Source: Chiloscyllium plagiosum (lineage: Eukaryota). From it: DNA of 64,000 bases. Both the position numbers and the translations under genes were made by a program. The stretch spans positions 8,873,491-8,937,490 of the forward strand of contig NC_057720.1 of the NCBI RefSeq assembly GCF_004010195.1, in the 5' to 3' direction. Shown piece by piece: positions 1 to 10,919 of this stretch (the first letter of the stretch is position 1; each line of letters begins with the position of its first letter). A model generated the notes under the pieces. That model worked only from the letters and a program-made list of their open reading frames with translations. It searched no databases and was not told the origin of the DNA.

Positions 1-268
1 TCCCGACCTCTCCGCCCCCACCCCCGTCTGACCTATCACCCTCACCTTGACCTCTTTCCACCTATCACATTTCCGACGCCCCTCCCCCAAGTCCCTCCTC
101 CCTACCTTTTATCTTAGCCTGCTGGACAAACTTTCCTCATTCCTGAAGAAGGGCTTATGCCCAAAACGTCGATTCTCCTGTTCCCTGGATGCTGCCTGAC
201 CTGTTGCGCTTTTCCAGCAACACATTTTCAGCTCTGATCTCCAGCATCTGCAGACCTCACTTTCTCCT
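1..268 (+). mobile_element. Penelope-like element 3' end (pLTR/3'UTR with hammerhead motif and tail), family A
   Basis: C-rich UTR similar to 36400-36520, then CTGAAGAAGGGCTTATGCCCAAAACGTCGA at 143-172 and tail ...ccagcatctgcagacctcactttctcct. Confidence 0.8.
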
Positions 269-269
269 C

Positions 270-730
270 AATGATAACTTTCTCAACCCCATTCTCCTGC
301 TTTCTGCCTGTAACCTTTGATCCCCTTGACAATCAAGAACCTATCTATCTTTGTCTTAAATACATTAAATGAAGTGGCCTCTATAGCCTTCTGTTCTTCC
401 ATACAAACATAAAATAGGAGCAGATGTAGCTTATTTGGTCCTTCAAGCCTGCTCAATCATCCAATAAGACATTGACCAATCCCCTTGTTCCAAATTCCAC
501 AATCACACCTATTCCCAATAGCTTCTGATATCACTGTTTAACAAGAATGTTTGTCTATGTTTAATGATCCTACCTCCACTGTCATCTGAGACAGAGGTCC
601 AAACTTGCTCAACCCTCTCATCTCCACTCTGAACAGATGACCCTTAATTTTTAAACTGTGACCCCCAGTTTTGGACTCAGCAATAAGAGGAAACATTCTT
701 TCCATAACTAAATGCCAAAACCATCCTATA
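270..730 (-). mobile_element. Decayed CR1 LINE 3' fragments
   Basis: Reverse complement resembles the CR1 3' region at 9240-9430. Confidence 0.6.
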
Positions 731-954
731 AACTTTAATCTAAATCATCTTTGTTGATACGTTGCTCTGAGATTTTTTTATATTCACACATAAGATACCA
801 AGTAACGACCCAGTGTACAATCTCACCTGAAGGGTGGTACTCCCTACAATGCAGTAGTCCCCTAGTACTGCCCGGGAGCACTGACGTTGGGTTGTTGTAG
901 GCTCAGGTGTTGAGATGGAGAAATTAACCCACACCTTCATGGTGTGAATGCACA

Positions 955-1051
955 TGTTCCTGATGAAGGGCTTTTGCCCGAAACGTCGATTTTTGCCTGT
1001 CCTCGGATGCTGCCTGAATTGCTGTGCTCTTCCAGCACCACTAATCCAGAG
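955..1051 (+). mobile_element. PLE pLTR fragment, family A
   Basis: Matches 141-230 and 46857-46950. Confidence 0.75.
958..989 (+). ncRNA. Minimal type-I hammerhead ribozyme motif (intact core)
   Basis: CTGATGA(960-966)-A-GGGC/TTTT/GCCC-GAAA-CG-TC; palindromic ACGT in place of stem III; stem I is weak. Confidence 0.65.
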
Positions 1052-2637
1052 AATAGGGCCCCTCAAAGATCAGCAAGGCGGCCTTTGTGTGGAGCCACAG
1101 AACATGGGGGAGATACTAAATGAATATTTTGCATCAGTATTTACTGTGGAAAAGGATATGCAAGATATAGACTGTAGGGAAATAAATGGTGATATCTTGC
1201 AAAATGTCCAGATTACAAAGGTGGAAGTGCTGGATGTCTTGAAACAGTTAAATCCCCAGGACCTGATCAGCTGTACCCGAGAACTCTGTGGGAAGCTAGA
1301 GAAGTGATTGCTGGGCCTCTTGCTGAGATATTTGTATTATCGATAGTCACAGGTGAGGTGGCGGAAGACTGGAGGTTGGCAAATGTGGTGCCACTGTTTA
1401 AGAAGGGCAGTAAAGACAAGCCAGGGAACTATAGACTGGCGAGTCTGACCTCGATGGTGGGCAAGTTGTTGGAGGGAATCCTGAGGGACAGGATGTACAT
1501 GTATTTGGAAAGGCAAGGACTGATTAGGGATAGTCAACATGGCTTTGTGCATGGAAAATCATGTCTCACACACTTGATTGAGTTTTTTGAAGAAGAACAA
1601 CGAAGATTGATGAGGGCAGAGCAGTAGATGTGATCTATATGGACTTCAGTAAGGCGTTCGACAAGGTTCCCCATGGGAGACTGATTAGCAAGGTTAAAAC
1701 TCATGTAATACAGGGAGAACTGGCCATTTGGATACAGAACTGGTTCAAAGATAGAAGACAGAGCGTGGTGGTGGAGGGTTGTTTTTCAGACTGGAGAACT
1801 GTGACCAGTGGAGTGCCACAAGGATCACTGCTGGGTCCTCTACTTTTTGTCATTTACATAAATGATTTGGATGCGAGCATAAGAGGTAGAGTTAGTAAGT
1901 TTGCAGATGACACCAAAATTGGAGGTGTAATGGACAGCGAAGAGGATTACCTCAGACTACAACAGGATCTTGATCAGATGGGCCAATGGCTGAGAAGTGG
2001 CAGATGGAGTTTGATTCAGATAAATGTGAAGTGCTGCACTTTAGGAAAGCATGTTACGGCTGTACAAGACATTGGTTAGGCCACTGTTGGAATATTGTAT
2101 GCAATTCTGGTCTCCTTCTTATCGGAAAGATGTTGTGAAATTTGAAAGGGTTCAGAAAAGATTTACAAAGATGTTGCCAGGGTTGAAGGATTTGAGCTAC
2201 AGGGAGAGGCTGAACAGGCTGGGGCTGTTTTCCCTGGAGCATCGGAGGCTGAGAGGTGACCTTATCGAGGTTTACAAAATTTTGAGGGGCATGGCATGAG
2301 GATAAAAAAGCAAAGTCTTTTCCCTGGGGTTGGGGAGTCTAGAACTAGAGGGCATAGGTTTAGGGTGAGAGGGGAAAGATATAAAAGAGACCTAAGGGGC
2401 AATTTTTTCACACAGAGGGTGGTACGTGTATGGAATGAGCTGCCAGAGGATGTGGTGGAGGCTGGTACAATTGCAACATTTAAGAGGCATTTGCATGGGT
2501 ATATGAATAGGAAGGGTTTGGAGGGATATGGCCCGGGTGCTGGCAGGTGGGACTAGATTGGGCTGGGATATCTGGTCGGCATGGACAGGTTGGACCGAAG
2601 GGTCTGTTTCCATGCTGTACATCTCTATGACTCTATA
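1052..2637 (+). mobile_element. CR1 (HER1-like) LINE, 5'-truncated, frameshifted ORF2 reverse transcriptase
   Basis: PGNYR, DFSKAFDKVPH, GVPQGSLLGPLLF, KFADD, LVRPLLEYC, RRLRGDL, WNELP motifs split over several frames; internal deletion near 2050; (ctctatga)-type tail. Confidence 0.95.
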
Positions 2638-2639
2638 AC

Positions 2640-2815
2640 CCAGGCTGACAACTCAGTGCAATATTGAAGGGGTGCTGCACCAACAATGATGCTGATTTTT
2701 GAATGAGACAGATGCCCTCTAAATTGAGCATGAAAAGCCTCATGGTACAATTCTAAGAAAAGCAAGAGAGTTGTCCCTGTGTTCTGTTGCCAATATTCAA
2801 ATCTTAATCACTGCC
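2640..2815 (+). mobile_element. Old DeuSINE-like (SacSINE1/AmnSINE-type) fragment
   Basis: Degenerate gaatgagac...catggtaca...aagaaaagcaagagagttgtccctgtgttc...gccaatatt, recalled as resembling the Deu domain. Confidence 0.4.
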
Positions 2816-2899
2816 TGAAACAAAATGTGTAGTTCTTCCTTCCTTGCTGCCTGTGGCTGGCAGACATAAAAAATACAAATAGAACTAATTTCAATTGAC

Positions 2900-3090
2900 T
2901 AGGAGGTGCTGGAGTTGGACTGGGGTGGACAAAGTTAACAAGCACACAACACCCAGGTTATAGTCCAACATGTTTTTTTTGGCAGCACTAGCTTTCGGAG
3001 CGCTGCTCCTTCATGAGGTGGTTGTGGAGGTTAAGATCATGATCACAGAATTTATAGCCAAAGGAGTCCGGTGTCATGAAGATGTGTGAT
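2900..3090 (-). mobile_element. PLE-derived 3' end, family B, with hammerhead motif at 2986-3020
   Basis: Reverse complement CAC-CTCATGA-A-GGAGC/AGC/GCTCC-GAAA-GC-TA-GTG; same family as 15090-15736 and 17886-18088. Confidence 0.7.
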
Positions 3091-3289
3091 ACAGTTCTGT
3101 GATTTCTAACATCAATTGATTCATCTTTGAGTGCAAAGCAAGTTGATCTTCTCTTGACATCTGGTTTGGTTCCATTAGCTCTTGCCGGACTAATATCTGT
3201 CTTCCACCAACATTTCTATGGGTTGCATTAGCTAAACCAATGCTACTGTTTATTATCTGCTAAAATGGTCATCCTGATAATGAAAACTT

Positions 3290-3580
3290 GTACATGGAAA
3301 TTATTAAAGGTAGGTTTTGAGAACTTTGAGAAATGACTACTTCATTTGGCAGCTTGTTCCATTGTGAGACTGTCCTTGGGAAGAAAGATTGTTGGTGCAC
3401 TGTCTTGGAATTAATTGGCTATTCCAGTTTGGATGGATGCCTCCCTCATGATTTATCTTGGCCAGAAGATTACAGTTATTAGTTTTGATAAGCTCTCACC
3501 AGGCCAGTATAGTTGATTTTTCTCCCTCCTTTACTGCATTGATATCCATTGATCAAGAATGTGTTACTGCCATGGCAGAT
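3290..3580 (-). mobile_element. Ancient L2/CR1-group LINE 3' fragment
   Basis: Minus strand 3348-3389 translates to SFFPRTVSQWNKLP, a typical ORF2 C-terminus. Confidence 0.55.
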
Positions 3581-3749
3581 TAATTTTTCAATTCAGTCAG
3601 GGCAAGATATTTCTAGCGAGGACAATGGAAACCTTGTGACCATAAGAGGTAGGAGCAGAAGTAGGCCATTCAGCCCATCAAGTCTTTCTACAATTCAATG
3701 AGATCATGACTAATCTGATAATCTGCAACTCCACTGTTCTTCTTTGGGA

Positions 3750-4300
3750 ATGTCCTGAAAATGTCTTTGAAGAGCTCAAACATCCCCCTCCAACTCAAGG
3801 GAGACCCCGTGGCCAAAATGGAGAAGGATTTGGGAAGCTGCTGAACACTTTGAGGGACTTCAAGGGCTCGGTGGCTCAGTGATTAGCACTGCTGCCTCAC
3901 AACACTAGGGTCCCAGGTTCAATTCCAGCCTTGGGCATCTGTCTGTGTGGAGTTTGCACATTCTCCCCGTGTCTGCATGGGTTTCCTCTGGGCGCTCTGG
4001 TTTACTCCCACAGTCACAAAGATGTGCAGGTTGGGTGAATTGGCCATGCTAAATTGCCCATAGTGTTAGGTGCATTAGTCAGAGGGAGATGGGTCTGGGT
4101 GGGTTACTCTTCGGAAGGTCGGTGTGGACTTGTTGGGCCAAAGGACCTGCTTCCATACTGTAGGGACTCTAATCTAAGAATGTATCGAGGCACAGTCGCC
4201 TCATTGGAAAGACTGTGCAGGCCTTCAAGCTAAACATCTACTCAGCCCTTCAAACACAACCGACCCTGGATGTGGCAGAGTCCACAGGCCAGTCATTGGA
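3750..4300 (+). mobile_element. RTE-type LINE 3' fragment interrupted by a SINE
   Basis: Degenerate C-terminal C2H2-like segment (TTDPGCGRVHRPVIG) similar to 53830-53910. Confidence 0.45.
3864..4177 (+). mobile_element. tRNA-derived V-SINE (HE1-like)
   Basis: A box tggctcagtga, B box ggttcaattcc, V-domain ctgtgtggagtttgcacattctccccgtgtctgc, CR1-like tail ending (tctaa)n. Confidence 0.9.
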
Positions 4301-4441
4301 AGAAATCAAAGCTAAAGCAAGCCATCCTTTGATCTCGAGATACTGTCTATGAAGTAAGCTTGTTGGATCTGCTGTGTTCATCTTTCCTGCATTACAACAG
4401 CAATTACACTTCAAGACAGCAGAAGCAGTTTGTGATTCCCT
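4164..4441 (+). repeat. Donor copy of a 278-bp local duplication
   Basis: Matches 6202-6479 with 3 substitutions seen. Confidence 0.95.
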
Positions 4442-4624
4442 GAGATCATGAAAATGCAAACTTATCATGAAAATATAAGCACATACATTCCAAACTTTCC
4501 TTTTATCTCCTTGATCTACAAGGGTCTCAATAAATTAAAACTGAGATGTTGTGTAAGCGTAGCCAATTTGCAAACTGACCATGCAGAAGAAGAGACTTGC
4601 AGAGAAAAGGTTAATGGCAATTTG

Positions 4625-4939
4625 GGGGCGGTATGGTGGCACAGTGGTTAGCACTGCTGCCTCACAGCGCCTGAGACCCGGGTTCAATTCCCGACTCAGG
4701 CGACTGACTGTGTGGAGTTTGCACGTTCTCCCCGTGTCTGCGTGGGTTTCCTCCGGGTGCTCCGGTTTCCTCCCACAGTCACAAAGATGTGCAGGTCAGG
4801 TGAATCGGCCATGCTAAATTGTCCGTAGTGTTAGGTAAGGGGTAAATGTAGGGGTATGGGTGGGTTGCGCTTCGGCGGGTCGGTGTGGACTTGTTGGGCC
4901 GAAGGGCCTGTTTCCACACTGTAATCTAATCTAATCTAA
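4625..4939 (+). mobile_element. V-SINE (HE1-like), young full-length copy
   Basis: A/B boxes, V-domain, CpGs retained, (aatct)n tail. Confidence 0.93.
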
Positions 4940-5497
4940 ATTAACAGAGAATCAGCAGACACATACAGAAACATACTTTGGCTTATCAAGATTGTCTGTC
5001 TAAAGTTTAAATGATTTGAATATCTAGTTTTCAAGACTTCGAGGAGTGTAGTGACGTTGAAGAGCCTTCCTACATCCCTCTGGCCCCATGAATATCCTAT
5101 TGAAACAACAATAGTGAATGAAAGCTTTTTTTATCAATATTGGCAGTACCTAATATTTCTAGACAGTAATTATATCAAGGACTGATAAAACAGTGCAGTG
5201 AATTACTAACTCAACTGCAGTATTTTAAATGTCAAAATAATTCTCAGCAATCAGAAAATGCTGTGCGAGATTCTGAATAAGTTTTTAATTTGGATGGAAT
5301 GACCTATAATTAACTGTAAAATGTGCAATTCTTTCACAAAAGCATTGCATATGTTGCCAAAGGGACATTTGGCAATGTATCTCAGGGTGAAATTGGACAT
5401 GGCAGCGATGCTGGCTTCAATTTTGTTGATTGACTTTTTCTTAAAGATATTCTTTCATCTGATGGAGGGATCACTGGCAATCATTTGTTGCCCATCC

Positions 5498-5800
5498 AGG
5501 GTGACATGGTGGCTCAGTGGTTAACACAGCTGCTTCACAATGCCAGGGACCTGGGTTTGATTCCACCCTTGGGCAACAGTCTGTGTGCAGTTTGCACGTT
5601 CTCTTTGTTTCTGCGTGGGTTTCCTCTAAGTGCTTGGGTTTCCTCACACAGCCCAATGATATGCAGGCTAGGTGGATTAGCCATGGGAAATGTGGGGTTA
5701 CAGGAATAAGGTAGGGAGTTAGGTCTGGGTGGAATGCCCTTGGGAGGGTCAGAGTGGATTGAATGGCCTGTTTTCACATTGCAGAGATTCTGTAATCTCT
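5498..5800 (+). mobile_element. V-SINE (HE1-like)
   Basis: A/B boxes, V-domain, CR1-like tail. Confidence 0.85.
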
Positions 5801-5958
5801 AATTGCCCTTTAACTGAACGGCTTGCTCGGGTTACCTGTTATTGTGGGTTTGAAATCACATTACAACCAGTTAAGGATGACAAATTTATAATATGTTAAT
5901 GAATCAGGTGTTTTTTTAACAATAGCCAATAATAATTTCATAGCCGCCATTACTAAGA

Positions 5959-6651
5959 TTAGTAGGAGCAAATTACTACAGCTGCTGGAACCTGAACTGA
6001 AAACAAAAATTGCTGCAGATCAGAGTTGATCAGGCAGCATTCATGAACAAAAAAAGCACGATAAGGTTTCAAGTCGAGATGACTCTTTATCAGAGCTAAA
6101 GTGAAGTGTGGAGGGGGCAGCAGTTATGTGTTAGTGTTGGGATGGAATGCTGGGAGAGAAAGGATGTTGATTGTTTTGATTAAGTGATCAGAATATGAGA
6201 AGGACTCTAATCTAAGAATGTATCGAGGCACAGTCACCTCATTGGAAAGACTGTGCAGGCCTTCAAGCTAAACATCTGCTCAGCCCTTCAAACACAACCG
6301 ACCCTGGATGTGGCAGAGTCCACAGGCCAGTCATTGGAAGAAATCAAAGCTAAAGCAAGCCATCCTTTGATCTCGAGATACTGTCTATGAAGTAAGCTTG
6401 TTGGATCTGCTGTGTTCATCTTTCCTGCATTACAACAGCAATTACACTTCAAGACAACAGAAGCAGTTTGTGATTCCCTCTCCACACCTCTCCACACCTG
6501 TAGCCCCCCCTACCCCTAATTTTGCATTAATGATGTCCCTTCCACACTTGACTTTAGCTTGGATGAAGAGCCATCTGGACTCAAAAGGTTAGTTTCCTCT
6601 CTCTCCAGGGGTGCTGCCTGACCTGTTGTGATCTCCAACAATTTTTGTCGT
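5959..6651. mobile_element. PLE-derived fold-back element, family C, with captured 278-bp insert
   Basis: Inverted arms ~5965-6120 and ~6530-6648, each with a decayed hammerhead; TSD cattactaaga at 5948-5958 and 6652-6662. Confidence 0.75.
6202..6479 (+). repeat. Second copy of the 278-bp duplication
   Basis: Matches 4164-4441. Confidence 0.95.
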
Positions 6652-7247
6652 CATTACTAAGACAAGTTTTCAGTCCCATGGTTTGTTAATTCAATTTAAA
6701 TTCCACCAGAGCATTAGTTTGGGGCTCTTGATAACTAATGTAGTGACATTACTGCTACACTACCATTGTGCCCTCATCTATGCTTTGTCTGACATTCAGT
6801 GCCAATGATAATTCAGCATGTCCTCTAGTGATTGGTAAGTGCAATTTTCTCACTTTGCAAACATACCCCTGTCCCACACAGGGTATCTGCTTTACATCCA
6901 TCACAATCCAATTGAACAGTCCTAAAAAAGTATTGAAATGCACAAAAAAAAACAAATATTACAGCTTGTCAAGACTTTTCTCTCTAAACCAGTTAAGCTA
7001 GCCTTCCCCCCCGGGATGAACTAAAACTGTACAAGCGTCTGCAAGTGTGCAGTAACTACCATCGTCAATTAGCCTTTAACTGGTCTCAGAAGGTGTCTAT
7101 TAGACCATAAGAAACAGGAACAGCACTAGGCCATTCAGCCCCTCAAGCCTGATTCATGGCTGGGACTGCTTACACCACATCCCCGCAGGAGAAACCTGGA
7201 CAGTACAGATTTCACATAGCTTCATCCTGGCAACTATACATCGGTTT

Positions 7248-7471
7248 GGAGATAGCAAGGACTGCAGATGTTGGAAGGTCAGAGTTGATCAAGTGTGGAG
7301 CTGGAAAAAGCACAGCAGGTCAAACAGCATCAGAGAAGCAGGAAAGTTGATGTTTCTGGTTGGAACCTTTCATGAGTCCTAATGAAAGGTTCTGACCTGA
7401 AACGTCAACTCTTCTGCTCCTCTGATACTGCCTGGCCTGCTGTACTTTCCCTGGCTCCACACTTGATCAAA
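7248..7471. mobile_element. PLE-derived fold-back mini-element
   Basis: Arms ttgatcaagtgtggagc... and ...gctccacacttgatcaa; two opposed decayed hammerheads at the centre; imperfect TSD tatacatcggttt/tatgcatcagtct. Confidence 0.75.
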
Positions 7472-8526
7472 TATGCATCAGTCTACCTGATAGCAACACC
7501 CTTTCAGAACATCTTATGGCCGACTCTCTTGAGGATACCAATAACAAATTCAGTACTGGAAAACCAACATGCATCACAATTAGTTGCAATCTTTGAAGAT
7601 CGCTGGATTAAACTGCAAGCTGGGGGTTGCATTCCAGAAATGGATGGCTGGTTGGAGACTGCAGGCAAGATTAAAAATATTCTTGAATTTTCCTTTAAAA
7701 CAGGATCTGTTTAAGTCAAGGTTGCCAAAGCTCAATTTGTCTGCACTAACCATATGCTGCAGGTGATGTTGTCAAGTCCAAGTGGGGTGAAGCTAATTAA
7801 AATACGCAGGAAGATGATCATTTTCTTTGTAAACATTGTACATCCTACGATTAAAATGACTTCCATATTCAAAGTCAATTTTGCTCCCGATAGCAAGTTA
7901 TAATCTTTGAATTATGTTCCAGTCAATGATCTTCCAAGACGTCTCTTGATTCAGAAACTGTCCCCTTGGATTGGAAAACTGCCAGTGGCATTCCATTATT
8001 TAACAAGTGTGAAAGAGATAAACTAGAAAATTATAGCTCTATTAGTTGTGGAGAAGTTACTAAAATTGGTGAATGGGAACAGCACGTCGCAATATGCGAG
8101 GCACGCAGCCTGTGTAGCAGTGCTCCTGAGCTTTTCCTGCCATTGACCCCATTTTTGAGGCCTAAGAACCATTGGGACCTCCCATTGGATGGTGGAGGTG
8201 TTGGGGGGTAGAGGAGGAAAAGCCCTATTAGAATCCGGAGGGAGGGGTTTGGTCTGTCATTACTGCCTCAGACTGCGCATACTCAAAATTCCAGCTTGCA
8301 AAATCACCTGGAGACCCAAAACCTACTTTGAGAAACTCCATCTCGAACGAACCTGATTAAATTTTTTGAGTTAGTAGATGACGGAGCATCTATGGATATT
8401 ATTTTCTTGAACTTCCAAGAGTACGAAAAGGGCTTATTAATGGAAATGAGATAGAGGGTTATGGGCCATGTGCAGACAGATGGTATTAGTTTAGAATGAC
8501 ATCATGGTTGGCACAGACATGGAATT

Positions 8527-8873
8527 GCTACAGTATGGAAGCAGGCCGTTTGGCCCATTGAGTTCACACTGTCCCTCCAAAGAGCATCCCACCCAGGCTC
8601 ATCTCTCTACCCTATCCCTGTAACCCTGCATTTCCCATGGTTAATCTACTCAACCAACACATCCCTGGACACTATGGGTCATTTAGCATGGTCAATCCAT
8701 CTAGCTGACTCATTTTTGGATTGTGAGAAGAAACCGGAGCACCCAAAGGAAACCCACGCAGACACATGGAGAATGTGCAAACTCCACACAGACAATCGCC
8801 CGAGGCTGGAATCAAACCCGGGTTCCTGGTGCTGTGAGGCAGCAGTGCTAACTATAAGCCATTGAACTGCCAC
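8527..8873 (-). mobile_element. V-SINE (HE1-like)
   Basis: Reverse complement of the SINE consensus. Confidence 0.88.
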
Positions 8874-8919
8874 ACATTGGGCTGAAGGGCTTTACTGATC
8901 TATATTCTACGATGTATAT

Positions 8920-9435
8920 CTTAAGATCTTATGGAATTGGAAGCAAGTGTTTGATGTGATTGCAGATTGTTAGGAAGTTTGGAGACTGAGAAGAGAATTA
9001 TGTGAACTATCGCCCAGTGGCGGGCTGTGATTAGTCGGGTTTTACGGAGATCTGCACTGTTGCACCCAAGTGAGGTTCCCCAATTTGTTGCAGTTCCAGA
9101 CGTGGACACGGCGAAGACGTTTGCATTAGTAGGAGAGTCTAGGACCCCGGGGTACAGCCTCAGGGTGAAGGGATAACCCTTTGGAACTGAGATGAGTTTG
9201 AATGTCTTCAGCCTGAGGGTGGTGAGGCTGTGGAACTGATTGTCGTAGAAGGCTGTGGAGGCCAAATCATTGAGTGTATTTAAGACAGAGGTAGATAGGT
9301 TCCTGATTGGTAAGGGGATCAAGGAATACGGGAAAAAGGCAGGAGAGTAGGTTTGAGAAACATATCAGCCATACTCGAATGGCAGATCAGACTTGATGGA
9401 CTGAATGGCCTAATTCTGCTCCAATATCTTATGGT
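8920..9435 (+). mobile_element. CR1 LINE 3' fragment
   Basis: ESRTPGYSLRVKG...VVRLWN motif and 3'UTR ending cttatggtc. Confidence 0.8.
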
Positions 9436-9490
9436 CACATGGGATCCTCAAAATTATTCAGTTTCTGTGTGAAGAGAGATGAACGGATAT

Positions 9491-9540
9491 CCCCCCTCCC
9501 CCCCCCCCCCCCCCCCCCCCCGCCGCCATTCATCCCCCCC
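9491..9540. repeat. Poly-C tract
   Basis: Near-pure C run. Confidence 0.9.
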
Positions 9541-10145
9541 TTAGTTGATCGCAATAGGTTTAATTTAAAAACAAACCACTTCCCTTTCTCCTAGATCCAA
9601 GTGAATTTATTTTAATTAAGCCAATTTTACCAGACTTCCTTAAATGATGAAAAAAGTGAGTTTACTAATTATTGAATGTGAGAAGAAAAAATAACACAAC
9701 CCACAGACAAAGAATAGATTTACTTGTCCAAAAAATATAAAGTGAAAAAAAGGATCAATCTGTGAAGTATTTATCAAGTGGGCTGGATGTTGTGACTGTT
9801 ATTGAGTGGCACAGCTAGCATTGTGTTGGTAGTTGAGAGTTTTGTGATTTAGTGGACGTTCTGTTGCTCTGATTCCTTTTGACAGTGACTAGATTCCAGA
9901 ACTCAGAGTGAGAGTGATTTTTTTTTTCCCTTTGCTCTACCTGCAATGTTGAGGTGATTAAGATGATTGTTTTTAAAACACTCTAGTCCAGGCACTTGCA
10001 GATCCCACCAGTAACACACAGGCTAGTATTGCTATCAGTTTGTAACCCATTTTCTTCGTGTATTTTTGGAGGGTAAATCGGGCAAATCCAAAAGAGGTGG
10101 ATTTCTGCCAGGAGGGGTATTAGTTAGCCCCCTTAGTATCTCATC

Positions 10146-10410
10146 TCTTTTAAATGTTGTAATTGTACCAGCCTCCACCACTTCTTCTAGTAGCTTATTC
10201 CAGACACTCACTACCCTCTGCTTGAAAAAGTTGCCCCTCAGGTCCATTTTTAATCTTACCTCTCTCTCCTCTAGTTTTGGACCCCCCCACCGCAACAAAA
10301 AGACTTTGGTTATTCACTCTATCCATGCCCCTCATGATTTTATAAACTTCTATAAGGTCATACCTCAGCCTTCAATGCTCCAGGGAAAACAGCCTCTCCC
10401 TGTAGCTCAA
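10146..10410 (-). mobile_element. CR1 LINE 3' fragment
   Basis: LRGNFFKQRVVSVWNKL on the minus strand. Confidence 0.85.
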
Positions 10411-10684
10411 ACCCTCCAGCTATCTCTGCCCTCTGGGCCAGCCCAACAACCCTCGTAGACATCAGCACTCTAATAATTAAAGCCTCTCGAACATCCCAAA
10501 TTTTAATTGCTACATTGGCCTTCAGCTGCCTGGGGTTCAGGTTTGAGAATTCCCATTCCTCCTCTCTATCAGACTTAAGGCACTCCCTAAGTCTACATCA
10601 TTGACCAAGGATTTGATTATCTGACCTAGTATCCTCGTCTTGTGGCTCTGTGACATGTGCTGTCGGTTGATACTGTGGTTCGGT

Positions 10685-10872
10685 TCACACACTGAGCTGA
10701 ATTGTTTTATTTAAAGCATAATGTGTTACCCAGAGCATGGGTTCAATTCCTGCACTGACTGAGAATACCACAAAGTTCACTTTTTCTTATCCTCTCCCCT
10801 TGCCTGAAATGGGGTGACCCTCAGTCATCTCTCTCTTGTGAGAAAATGGCCTATGGTGACTTTACTTTTACT
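10685..10872 (+). mobile_element. SINE-like repeat, third family
   Basis: B-box-like ggttcaattcc and tail ...tatggtgactttactttta; related copies at 44490-44695 (+) and 62960-63160 (-). Confidence 0.55.
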
Positions 10873-10919
10873 ATATAATGATTACGTGAACTGCCTTTAA
10901 ATAAGTTATTACATGAGAG

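Noticed and set aside
1304..2556. Functional reverse transcriptase CDS
   Set aside because: 5'-truncated, frameshifted and internally deleted; the same applies to all other CR1, PLE and Gypsy ORF pieces here
4625..4700. tRNA genes
   Set aside because: The A/B-box heads continue into SINE body and tail; they are tRNA-derived SINE heads
9491..9540. Functional G-quadruplex element
   Set aside because: A simple homopolymer tract, error-prone in assembly, with no supporting context
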